From a virus: a DNA stretch of 64,000 nucleotides. Position 1 is the stretch's first letter. Every line of letters starts with the position of its first letter. The position numbers were made by a program, and so were the translations under genes. This document shows positions 49,861-57,725 of the stretch, piece by piece. The notes below the pieces were generated by a model. It saw nothing but the letters and a program-made list of their open reading frames with translations. It was not told the DNA's origin and made no database searches. The DNA is taken from positions 32,001 to 96,000 of IMG/VR virus record IMGVR_UViG_3300044213_000170. One strand, given 5' to 3'.

Positions 49861-49938
49861 TGGCGCAGACCAAAGGACTCGAACCTTTGCGGGAATCTAG
49901 AATGCGGAGGACATGCCCCCTACCCCTCCATTATCTGC
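49861..49938 (-). ncRNA. tRNA-like RNA with acceptor/T arm and CCA but no canonical D or anticodon arm
   Basis: GCAGAT/GTCTGC-G-CCA, CAAAGG-TTCGAGT-CCTTTG. Confidence 0.6.
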
Positions 49939-49945
49939 ATTAACT

Positions 49946-50021
49946 TGGTGCCGTCGCCATGAATCGAACACGGGACCTTCTCATTACAAGTGAGTTGCTC
50001 TACCAACTGAGCTACAACGGC
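49946..50021 (-). tRNA. tRNA-Thr(TGT)
   Basis: Loop ctTGTaa, CCA. Confidence 0.93.
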
Positions 50022-50030
50022 TTTAATAAA

Positions 50031-50109
50031 TGGCGCACCGTACGAGATTCGAACTCGTGATCTCCGCCGTGACAGGGCGGCGCCTTAGGCCAGACTGAGC
50101 TAACGGTGC
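50031..50109 (-). tRNA. tRNA-Asp(GTC)
   Basis: Loop ctGTCac, G73. Confidence 0.93.
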
Positions 50110-50114
50110 AAATT

Positions 50115-50190
50115 TGGCGCTCGGTAGGGGAATCGAACCCCTCTTCCCGCCGTGAAAGGGCGGTGTCCTAGACCGATAGACGAACCGAGC
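50115..50190 (-). tRNA. tRNA-Glu(TTC)
   Basis: Loop ctTTCac. Confidence 0.93.
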
Positions 50191-50272
50191 ATAATATCTT
50201 GAGACGGTGGAATCAAACCACTCTAGTCAGCATCTTCTCTGTGAAGATGCCCGTAATCATACTCCTCAAAAT

Positions 50273-50339
50273 ACTATATGTAAGTACACTACTCATCGGC
50301 TGTGCCATTTGACTGTTCGGCAATGTACTTGCATATAGT
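50273..50339 (-). ncRNA. long-stem small RNA family, copy E
   Basis: ACTATATGCAAGTACATT ... AGTGTACTTACATATAGT. Confidence 0.55.
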
Positions 50340-50459
50340 TTAGGGCTGTGGTCACTTTCGACTTAACATTTAACTAAGGCTTTCTTTATGCATTTATATC
50401 CTTAGCACCCTTCTTAAACATTATTATAAAAGAAAATACTTTTATTGTCAACTATGTAG

Positions 50460-50541
50460 TGGATGCGGTTGGAGTCGAACTTACTCATCCGAAGAAACTG
50501 GGTTACAGCCAGCCACACCTCTCCAACTGTGTCGCACTTCC
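50460..50541 (-). pseudogene. degenerate tRNA-Tyr(GTA) duplicate
   Basis: Similar to neighbour, mismatched T and acceptor stems, no CCA. Confidence 0.65.
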
Positions 50542-50548
50542 ATTAATT

Positions 50549-50634
50549 TGGTGGGTAAGGATGGATTCGAACCAACTCATCCGAAGGAAAGAGATTTACA
50601 GTCTCCCGCGCCTCTCCAACTGCGCCGCTTACCC
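50549..50634 (-). tRNA. tRNA-Tyr(GTA)
   Basis: Loop ctGTAaa, variable arm, CCA. Confidence 0.92.
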
Positions 50635-50714
50635 ATAGTACATATTATATCGAAAAAAATAATTTTCGTCAACTAAAAAAAAAATAGCCGTAAACTTGTT
50701 AAGGCTATTTTGTT

Positions 50715-50789
50715 TGGTGGAGGATAGCGGGGTCGAACCGCTGACTGAAGCTTGCAAAGCTACCGTGTTCCCAACTATACCAATCCCCC
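50715..50789 (-). tRNA. tRNA-Ala(TGC)
   Basis: G3:U70, loop ttTGCaa. Confidence 0.93.
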
Positions 50790-50800
50790 CGATAACTTAT

Positions 50801-50974
50801 TTATTCTTCTTTGCCACGCTTGGTGGACTTTGCCAACCGATTATTAGTTTCAATCATCTTAGTATACATTTTGAAATACTCGCGACGATCGGTATTGTTT
50901 AAAATCCTTGCAGCACGGCGCTTAACCGCTTTAGGCATTTTTATTGCTTTAATGTCATATCCTCTACAGGTCAT
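50801..50974 (-). CDS. small basic protein (57 aa)
   Basis: MTCRGYDIKAIKMPKAVKRRAA... Confidence 0.5.
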   Translation of the reverse strand: MTCRGYDIKAIKMPKAVKRRAARILNNTDRREYFKMYTKMIETNNRLAKSTKRGKEE

Positions 50975-51000
50975 TTTATTTCTTTCAAAAATAATTAATT

Positions 51001-51219
51001 GTAGTTCAGTGTCCTCAGGTTTATCACTGATGTTTAGACGTTCAGAGCCGGACTTCCTAACGTCGAGTTCTTCCAGGACTTGTTACTCGGGCTACTAAGC
51101 CAGGTGCTCCTTTTCAGCTACCGCCCAAAATGGACAGTGGGGAGTTGAACCCCCTCCTGCTTTACACTAGTTCAACGTTCGAACATCTTACTAATGTGCT
51201 TTTCACTTGCTAACACTAC
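51001..51219 (-). ncRNA. YrlA/Y-RNA-like RNA with circularly permuted tRNA module
   Basis: CAGG - T arm GGGG-TTCAACT-CCCC - closed acceptor CTGTCCA-ttt-TGGGCGG - TA - D arm GCT/AGC - CCTG. Confidence 0.6.
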
Positions 51220-51224
51220 AAACT

Positions 51225-51300
51225 TGGTCTCCGTAGAAGGATTTGAACCTTCACCGCATGGTCCCAAACCATGAACGCTACCGGGTTACGCTATACGGAG
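51225..51300 (-). tRNA. tRNA-Pro(TGG)
   Basis: Loop ttTGGga, CCA. Confidence 0.92.
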
Positions 51301-51731
51301 TTTATACTTTTCAACATAATCGTCTATAATGGGCTGAACCTCATTAACATAACGACTATGAACATAACTATGATGTGTAGGACATAAAGGAACTAAATTC
51401 GCAGGTTCATTGTTATCATGGTTGTGATCGTGATGATGCACTGCTACAATTTTATCTTCCTCACACACTACACACTTTTTATCGTGGTGTAAGAAGCAAA
51501 TGGATTGATACTTTTCGCCCTTCCAATTACCGTTACTTTCACCACTTCTAAAATGCTTGTTTGAACAACTTCTACTGCAAGTACCTTTAGAGTTCTTGAA
51601 GTCCTTAATAGGGGTCGAACATACTATACATTCTTTTATATTAACAGGATTTAGATAACAATTATCCTCGTGCCGTTTAATATTTTGTGGTTCGTTTCTT
51701 TACCGCAGTATTGACAATTAATATGTTTCAT
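51286..51731 (-). pseudogene. zinc-finger HNH homing endonuclease with a 1-nt frameshift near 51690
   Basis: MKHINCQYCGKE in one frame; PQNIKRHEDNC...CSRSC...VHH.D.N..NN..NLVPLCPTHH in the -1 frame. Confidence 0.65.
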
Positions 51732-51800
51732 ACATTTATTTATCATTTAGCGCACAGAATGAGATATTCTCAAACAGACTGCTCTACACTCCGAAATCTC

Positions 51801-51876
51801 TGGTAGGACGTGACGGTCTCGAACCGCCGACATTCACGGTGTAAACGTGACGCTCTACCAACTGAGCTAACGTCCT
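51801..51876 (-). tRNA. tRNA-Val(TAC)
   Basis: Loop ttTACac. Confidence 0.94.
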
Positions 51877-52029
51877 ATATCTTTTACTTATGTTTATTAT
51901 ACAGACACAAATAATAAATGTCAAATAATTTTTGCAATTTCCGGTGCAAAAACTGCACTTGCAAATGCTATATAAAATAATAATATCAACATACTCTAAT
52001 CCTCTAGACTATAGTATATTTAATATGTA

Positions 52030-52103
52030 TGGAGCGGAATATCAGAATCGAACTGATGACGTCTGCTTGGAAGGCAGTGGTTTTACCATTAAACTAATCC
52101 CGC
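52030..52103 (-). tRNA. tRNA-Gly(TCC)
   Basis: Loop ctTCCaa, U73. Confidence 0.93.
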
Positions 52104-52113
52104 ATTTTATTCT

Positions 52114-52190
52114 TGGTGCCTTGACCTGGATTCGAACCAGGGACCTACGCCTTATCAAGACGGTGCTACTACCAGCTGAGCTATCAAGGC
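52114..52190 (-). tRNA. tRNA-Ile(GAT)
   Basis: Loop ttGATaa. Confidence 0.93.
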
Positions 52191-52195
52191 CAATT

Positions 52196-52280
52196 TGGTG
52201 CCCCCCAAGAGACTCGAACTCTCACGCCTTGCGGCGCTGGAACCTAAATCCAGTGCGTCTACCAATTTCGCCAAAGGGGC
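52196..52280 (-). tRNA. tRNA-Leu(TAG)
   Basis: Loop ttTAGgt, variable arm. Confidence 0.94.
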
Positions 52281-52289
52281 AATGATGTT

Positions 52290-52366
52290 TGGCTCCTCGA
52301 CGTGGGCTCGAACCACGGACATCTTGATTAACAGTCAAGCGCAACTACCAACTGTGCTATCGAGGA
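52290..52366 (-). tRNA. tRNA-Asn(GTT)
   Basis: Loop ctGTTaa, G73. Confidence 0.94.
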
Positions 52367-52415
52367 ATAAAATTCAACAGTATATATTATATATGCGATA
52401 TAAATTTGCTGTCAA

Positions 52416-52516
52416 GTATTTTAGAACACACTAGTGATTCGACCTAGTAAATGGGCCCGCCACAATAGTTTATCGTTCTATCGGCCGAGTTATTCGTCTA
52501 ATGTGCTCTAAAATAC
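52416..52516 (-). ncRNA. long-stem small RNA family, copy F
   Basis: GTATTTTAGAGCACATT ... AGTGTGTTCTAAAATAC. Confidence 0.55.
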
Positions 52517-52693
52517 CTTCTTATTAAGAAGATATGTTAGGGTTGTACCCTAACCAGTTATCTGTACTTTGCTGTTATCGCCAGCATTTCATCCAACTGT
52601 CCGCCCATTTGTCACATTTTATATGGCGTTGTGTGCTGGCTCGCGTTGCCTTATCACGCCGAAAATTAACAATAGTCAATTTTCTTTTTACAT

Positions 52694-52726
52694 AAACAAA
52701 AACCCCAGGGTGTTTAATCCTGGGGT
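52694..52726 (-). terminator. intrinsic terminator (putative attenuator)
   Basis: ACCCCAGG-loop-CCTGGGGT followed by TTTTGTTT. Confidence 0.85.
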
Positions 52727-52751
52727 CCTTAGAGTGGTTGTAGTGTTGTTT

Positions 52752-52895
52752 TTACGCTACAATGTCCCCCTGGACCCCGATCTTAATCTCCGGTGTACGA
52801 TCATTATGATTTCCAGTAACCATACACCAAGAGGCAGACATCGCCTGTCTCTGTTTGGCATAAAAGTTTACTGATGATGATAAAATCGTGTTCAT
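52752..52895 (-). CDS. 47-aa putative attenuator leader peptide containing all 20 amino acids
   Basis: MNTILSSSVNFYAKQRQAMSASWCMVTGNHNDRTPEIKIGVQGDIVA*; perfect promoter just upstream. Confidence 0.7.
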   Translation of the reverse strand: MNTILSSSVNFYAKQRQAMSASWCMVTGNHNDRTPEIKIGVQGDIVA

Positions 52896-52905
52896 GATGT
52901 TTTGT

Positions 52906-52934
52906 ATTATATGTTATTTATACTTTGTTGTCAA
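52906..52934 (-). promoter_or_regulatory. sigma70 promoter with nested TATAAATA late box
   Basis: TTGACA-acaaagTATAAATAaca-TATAAT. Confidence 0.8.
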
Positions 52935-52975
52935 GAAGTTTTGATTATGTTGTAAAAATACAACAAATTAAAATT

Positions 52976-53060
52976 TGGTGCGCCTAGCCGGAATCGAACC
53001 AGCATGACCGAAGTCGGGAGATTTTAAGTCTCCTGTGTCTACCTATTTCACCATAGGCGC
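52976..53060 (-). tRNA. tRNA-Leu(TAA)
   Basis: Loop ctTAAaa, variable arm. Confidence 0.94.
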
Positions 53061-53129
53061 ATTTGTTTTGCAATAACTCTATTGTAGCAATATTTCTATT
53101 TATTGTCAACAATATTTTGTTGTTATTTT

Positions 53130-53221
53130 TGGTACCAGCGGAGGGGATCGAACCCTCTCAAGAACGCTAATCTGGCGCTAAAAGTCTTATAAGGACTCTC
53201 TGACTTCCAAGTCTCGCTGGT
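53130..53221 (-). tRNA. atypical tRNA, anticodon TAT, long variable arm, small D loop
   Basis: ACCAGCG/CGCTGGT-A-CCA; GACT-TGGA-AGTC; AGAGTC-ctTATaa-GACTTT. Confidence 0.8.
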
Positions 53222-53226
53222 AAAAC

Positions 53227-53303
<77 letters not shown>

Positions 53304-53320
53304 GATTTTTCTATTATATG

Positions 53321-54259
53321 TTATTCTGCATTTATTGTCAATGACAAATTATTTATTGCATCTATCTGCTGAAATCGTAAATCCATCTTAGTAAACATAG
53401 AAGTATCTTGTTCGATTAAAATGCATCGACGATTTTTGTTAGATGCAGCAATACCAGTGCTTCCACTGCCCGCAAAAGTATCCAACACCATATCACCAGG
53501 TTTGGATAACAATTCAATAAAGTACTCTAACACTTCAGTAGGCTTTTGTGTGGGATGAATTTTATCTTTGCCCAATCCGCCGCTATAGGTAATTGTGTTA
53601 GGAATAACACATTCGATCAATCCGTTTGATCTTTTGCGATCAGCCAACATCTTTTTACTATCAGCTAATGCCTTAGCAAACGCCTTGTCGATTGGTATAC
53701 CTTGAGAGATATATTTGTATACGATACTGCTGACTTTGTCTGCCGCCGCATAACGCTCAACCATAGATCCTTCAGTCGCATCTGCATTAAATGTTCTAGA
53801 GCCCTTGGGTTTAATGCCGAACAAAACGTATTCACAGCCACTTACTGGATTTACTCGACGATTGAATGGGACTGCTGCAGGTTTTTTCCAAGTCCATACA
53901 CGCTTAGACTCAAACCCAGCGTCGTTCATTGCGGTAATGAGATAACTTAAATATCTATCACTGATAAAAATTGCAAAACTTCCGCCCTTACGAAGTTTTG
54001 TAAACCACATCCTTGCCCAATCATTTAACTGTTGTTGGAATTCTTCATGACCAACATCGTCCCAGTCGTTATCAAATTCTTCACTGAAATTTTGATTATG
54101 GATTGTTGTTTTATTTTTGCCGGTTTCCTTGTCGAGCCAAATTGGATTTGCACCGTTTTTACTGATATTGTAAGGCGGATCTGTCAACAACAAATCAATC
54201 GAAGAATCGGGTATTTGATGTGCAATTGTCAAACAATCGCCGTTTAATCTAGTAATCAT
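53321..54259 (-). CDS. N6-adenine/N4-cytosine DNA methyltransferase (beta class)
   Basis: TDPPY, HPTQKP, LDTFAGSGST; promoter at 54267-54295 supports ATG 54259. Confidence 0.92.
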   Translation of the reverse strand: MITRLNGDCLTIAHQIPDSSIDLLLTDPPYNISKNGANPIWLDKETGKNKTTIHNQNFSEEFDNDWDDVGHEEFQQQLNDWARMWFTKLRKGGSFAIFISDRYLSYLITAMNDAGFESKRVWTWKKPAAVPFNRRVNPVSGCEYVLFGIKPKGSRTFNADATEGSMVERYAAADKVSSIVYKYISQGIPIDKAFAKALADSKKMLADRKRSNGLIECVIPNTITYSGGLGKDKIHPTQKPTEVLEYFIELLSKPGDMVLDTFAGSGSTGIAASNKNRRCILIEQDTSMFTKMDLRFQQIDAINNLSLTINAE

Positions 54260-54291
54260 AAATGTGATTATACAATAATTTGGATTTATTG

Positions 54292-55779
54292 TCAATATAC
54301 TATCATAAACCCTGGTAAATTATTACCGGGCATATGACTAGGGGCGTGATATTGGAATTTAAACTTTAAATCGGTGAACGGTTTCGCTGATGCAACTACT
54401 CCCCCCTCATCAGTGATATCCAATCTCCCCAAATATGCAGAACTTTGATTGACTACATTGGTCATCATTTTTGCATATTCTTCTGCATCAGGTCCTTTGG
54501 TCACTGCATTTAACGTGCCAACACCCAATGCATAAGTTAATATGTCTGTTGCAGCTTTAACTGGATTAGCTTTGAAACTAGGATATCCTGCTTCTTTTTC
54601 GGCGGCCTTGTCTTTTTTCATACCCATATAGAACTGACCGTCGGCAGGTAATCCTACAGGTCTTCCCCAAGGACCAGCAACCATTATTGGATAGATTGCC
54701 TTTAAGAAATCTCCGTAGTCTGTTGCACTATTGCCTTTTACTAAGGATTTCACTAAATTTTGAAGTGACGTCCAGTTATCAAATTCTCCGCCAAGGATCT
54801 CTACGGCTTTTTTATATTCAGGAATCTTAACAAAATTTGCAGCTTTTACCAACTTATCGACGTTCTTGCCGCCGGCATTAGGATGATATGCTTTAAATAA
54901 AGCAAATAGCTTTTCTTGTGTACTATCTTTCTTAATGGTTTTTTCAAAGTTATCCATTAAATCACTAATACTTCTGAAGCTAGTGCCACTACCTGTTAAA
55001 CTTTTAACACTAAACTTTGTAGAACCAACAATTACATCAACTAAAGGAAAATTGCCCTCGGCCGGAAATTCAATTGATTGATTGCCTTTAGCAAACATTA
55101 TAGGTGCTAATATTTCTCCAAAGTCTACACTCAATTGATTTCTTGCTCTATCAGTCAAATGTCGATTTACTTCCGGATCTAATGTAGTGTTGCCGCCACT
55201 GGCTGCTACATTAACTAAACCCAATAATATTTGCATTAATTCGGGACGAGTTTTTGTTTTTGCTAAGACTGCTTGTTGCGTAGCAGATATTAATTCGTCT
55301 TTTGTATATATTTTACCGGCTAACCCTAATGTTGTAGGTGTAAACTCTTTAATGCTTACACTAACGCCAGTCTCATCTGTCTTTGCACCAGAGCTAGCAA
55401 CAACCAGTGTATAAATTACTGTATTAACTACATTGTCCGCAGTATCATTGCCTTGTGGAGGTTTATTTGCTGATATAGGAGTGGCGCTTGTTTCGAAACT
55501 TAGAATATTGTTTCTATATTTGCCGCTGATTGCAGCCTGTTCAGGTTCTATTGGCAGGGAATCTAATCCATGCGATTGAAAATATTGCTTAATCGCTTGT
55601 TTCTCTGCTCCGAATATACGAATATAAAATACAGGGCTAATATTTTTTTTCTCCACTGCAAATCTGTAGTCAGGCAGTTGTTCTTGCAAATTTTTTGCAA
55701 GAGCCTGTGTTTCTGCGCGGGTCGCATATCGCGCCGCTACATCTAATTCTTCAGATATTGTTATTTCGTTAAATCTCAT
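54292..55779 (-). CDS. putative PD-(D/E)XK restriction-like nuclease
   Basis: DFGEILAP...FP..GNFPLVD...FSVKS; adjacent to the methyltransferase. Confidence 0.55.
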   Translation of the reverse strand: MRFNEITISEELDVAARYATRAETQALAKNLQEQLPDYRFAVEKKNISPVFYIRIFGAEKQAIKQYFQSHGLDSLPIEPEQAAISGKYRNNILSFETSATPISANKPPQGNDTADNVVNTVIYTLVVASSGAKTDETGVSVSIKEFTPTTLGLAGKIYTKDELISATQQAVLAKTKTRPELMQILLGLVNVAASGGNTTLDPEVNRHLTDRARNQLSVDFGEILAPIMFAKGNQSIEFPAEGNFPLVDVIVGSTKFSVKSLTGSGTSFRSISDLMDNFEKTIKKDSTQEKLFALFKAYHPNAGGKNVDKLVKAANFVKIPEYKKAVEILGGEFDNWTSLQNLVKSLVKGNSATDYGDFLKAIYPIMVAGPWGRPVGLPADGQFYMGMKKDKAAEKEAGYPSFKANPVKAATDILTYALGVGTLNAVTKGPDAEEYAKMMTNVVNQSSAYLGRLDITDEGGVVASAKPFTDLKFKFQYHAPSHMPGNNLPGFMIVY

Positions 55780-55912
55780 AATGAATGTCAGTTTAGTTTA
55801 TTTATTAAAAAACGTCAAGTTTGAAAATCTATTTCCCATATCAGTAGAAACCATAGGTTTTGTGCAATGCAACATAAATATATTAGTAGAAACACTGATA
55901 TAGGATAAGCAC

Positions 55913-56086
55913 ATGACAAAAATTATTAAAAAAATTAAAATGATTATTTCAAAAAGTCAGTCTCTTCAGTCTGACCTAGAACTTTATATTTCTAAACGTC
56001 GGCCAACTAACCAAGTAGATGTAGAACGTGCAATTACTGACTTTTATCGCCAAGCAGCAAGAGGCGGATATAATGTATTTCGTTGA
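55913..56086 (+). CDS. small hypothetical protein (57 aa)
   Basis: LELYISKRRPTNQVDVERAI; AGGA RBS. Confidence 0.45.
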   Translation: MTKIIKKIKMIISKSQSLQSDLELYISKRRPTNQVDVERAITDFYRQAARGGYNVFR

Positions 56087-56259
56087 AATCTAATGGCATT
56101 TTATTTTTCTATCTTGGAAGATTAATCAGAAAAACAAGGACTATAACCATGAAAAATATTAAAGAATTCATTAATGAACTCGTTTATTTTGTACAGCTTT
56201 TTAAAAATAATTGGAAGCTAAAATTTACTGATATTTTACGGAACGAGTAAAGCATTAAC

Positions 56260-56283
56260 AAAAAGGGGCAATGCCCCTTTTAT
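56260..56283. terminator. bidirectional terminator
   Basis: AAAAGGGGCA-A-TGCCCCTTTT. Confidence 0.8.
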
Positions 56284-57032
56284 TTTCTTTCTATGTCTTC
56301 TTCTATACAACTATCCCCGTATTGTATCTCTACTATTTTACAGGGCCAATCGTATGGGTTAATCAATTGATGCCAATGACCGACGGGTATATATACGCTC
56401 ATGTGTTGTTCTAGTTCTTTTGAGGGCAATGTATAACCATTATTCATCATGCTGTTTAATAGACATTTGCCCTCACTAACTAACCAAAATTCATTACGCT
56501 TAAAGTGTCGTTGCATACTTAGACTGCTGTACGGGTCAATAGTCAATTCCTTTACTTTACATCCATCTACTTCGTGTAATACACGATAGTATCCCCATTG
56601 ACGTTCTGTTTTTGGTGCTTTCCATTCTTGCAATATCCAGCTACTACTATTGGCTTTATTTTCGCCGCCGACGCCGAACATGAAAAGCACACCTTTACAA
56701 ATCATCTCAGGGATATTCAGTGCGGTTCGATCTCCCCCATTTGCAAAAATAATTTCATCGTTAGGATATTGGGTTTGCATTGCCCGAATAAACTCACAAG
56801 CACTGCCGTCGGCATCATCAAAGCCATATGCCGCATCAACTACGTCGATCGAACTAACGATTAGTTGTCGTTCATACAGTGGCATAAAGCTGCGGCCTTT
56901 CTTACGCTCAAGCCACTGATCGCTATTAACGCCTACTATAAGTTTATCACCAAGTGCTTTTGCCGCTTTAAAGTAAGCAATATGTCCGCTGTGTAGCGGA
57001 TCGAATCCGCCTGTTGTAAGTACTATTTTCAT
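56280..57032 (-). CDS. cytidylyltransferase-like + mannose-6-phosphate isomerase cupin fusion
   Basis: GGFDPLHSGH, FANGGDR, RQWG, LSMQRH..R.EFW, EIQYG. Confidence 0.88.
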   Translation of the reverse strand: MKIVLTTGGFDPLHSGHIAYFKAAKALGDKLIVGVNSDQWLERKKGRSFMPLYERQLIVSSIDVVDAAYGFDDADGSACEFIRAMQTQYPNDEIIFANGGDRTALNIPEMICKGVLFMFGVGGENKANSSSWILQEWKAPKTERQWGYYRVLHEVDGCKVKELTIDPYSSLSMQRHFKRNEFWLVSEGKCLLNSMMNNGYTLPSKELEQHMSVYIPVGHWHQLINPYDWPCKIVEIQYGDSCIEEDIERK

Positions 57033-57036
57033 AATT

Positions 57037-57489
57037 TTACAGTGTAATATCTTCCATCCCAGCAGTTCTTAGTCTGCTGATGTGACCTAGCATAAAGTTT
57101 TTACTTTCTATGCCTTTCATTAGTCCCAACCATTTATTGCGTACCAGTGCAACTTCATTTATAAGAGTTTCATAATCGATTACTTCATCCTCACCGTCGA
57201 CATACTTTTCAGCATCTCGACTGGTCAATGCTCGATTATAGTTTTCAAGATATTTTTGAAAATGTTTTTTACGAATTTTCTTAAGTTGAATATTCAAATA
57301 ATTCAATACTGCTTCAATTTCTTGCAATTGATTAAACCGATGCTCAGTTATACCAGGAAGATCCGAAATACTTCTTTCTAATCGCCCTCGCACACCACAA
57401 TCGAGTTTAGCTTCCTGTAGTTCATTTTCGTAATAATTAATGAACTCAGGAAGATTACCGATGTCTTGAACTATTTTATGATACCACAT
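57037..57489 (-). CDS. uvsY: UvsY-like recombination mediator
   Basis: KYVDGE...LRTAG; helical; next to uvsX. Confidence 0.7.
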   Translation of the reverse strand: MWYHKIVQDIGNLPEFINYYENELQEAKLDCGVRGRLERSISDLPGITEHRFNQLQEIEAVLNYLNIQLKKIRKKHFQKYLENYNRALTSRDAEKYVDGEDEVIDYETLINEVALVRNKWLGLMKGIESKNFMLGHISRLRTAGMEDITL

Positions 57490-57725
57490 TAGTCTTCGTA
57501 GTCGTAATTTTCATCATCAGCATCGTCGTCGAAATTACCAGCATATTCGTCATAACTACGTTTAGTATATGTATCGATTGATGCAAACTCTTTTAACGAG
57601 TTGTCATCTAGCATATCAACTAACATACTCATGATAGTATCACTGGCTTCTTGCCGATCTTTTGCAGGAATATATTGTTTAAGGGTAGAATATACTTCGC
57701 CCAATACATCAACTTCTATAGTCAT
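57489..57725 (-). CDS. acidic hypothetical protein
   Basis: 78-aa coupled ORF. Confidence 0.55.
   Translation of the reverse strand: MTIEVDVLGEVYSTLKQYIPAKDRQEASDTIMSMLVDMLDDNSLKEFASIDTYTKRSYDEYAGNFDDDADDENYDYED

Noticed and set aside
49861-49938. Amber suppressor tRNA (TTCTAGA loop)
   Set aside because: The bases flanking CTA do not form an anticodon stem.
51001-51219. Two-piece tmRNA
   Set aside because: It has a paired D arm and only a 3-5 nt acceptor loop with no evident tag frame; the Y-RNA-like topology fits better, though tmRNA is not fully excluded.
44872-52516. CRISPR array or retron for the long-stem family
   Set aside because: The units are dispersed inverted repeats, not regularly spaced direct repeats, and no cas or reverse transcriptase gene is in the window.
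44758-52874. ORF-track calls across the RNA island (e.g. 44758..45174, 47114..47356, 51932..52285, 52569..52874)
   Set aside because: They overlap tRNAs or structured RNAs and lack an RBS and protein-like motifs.
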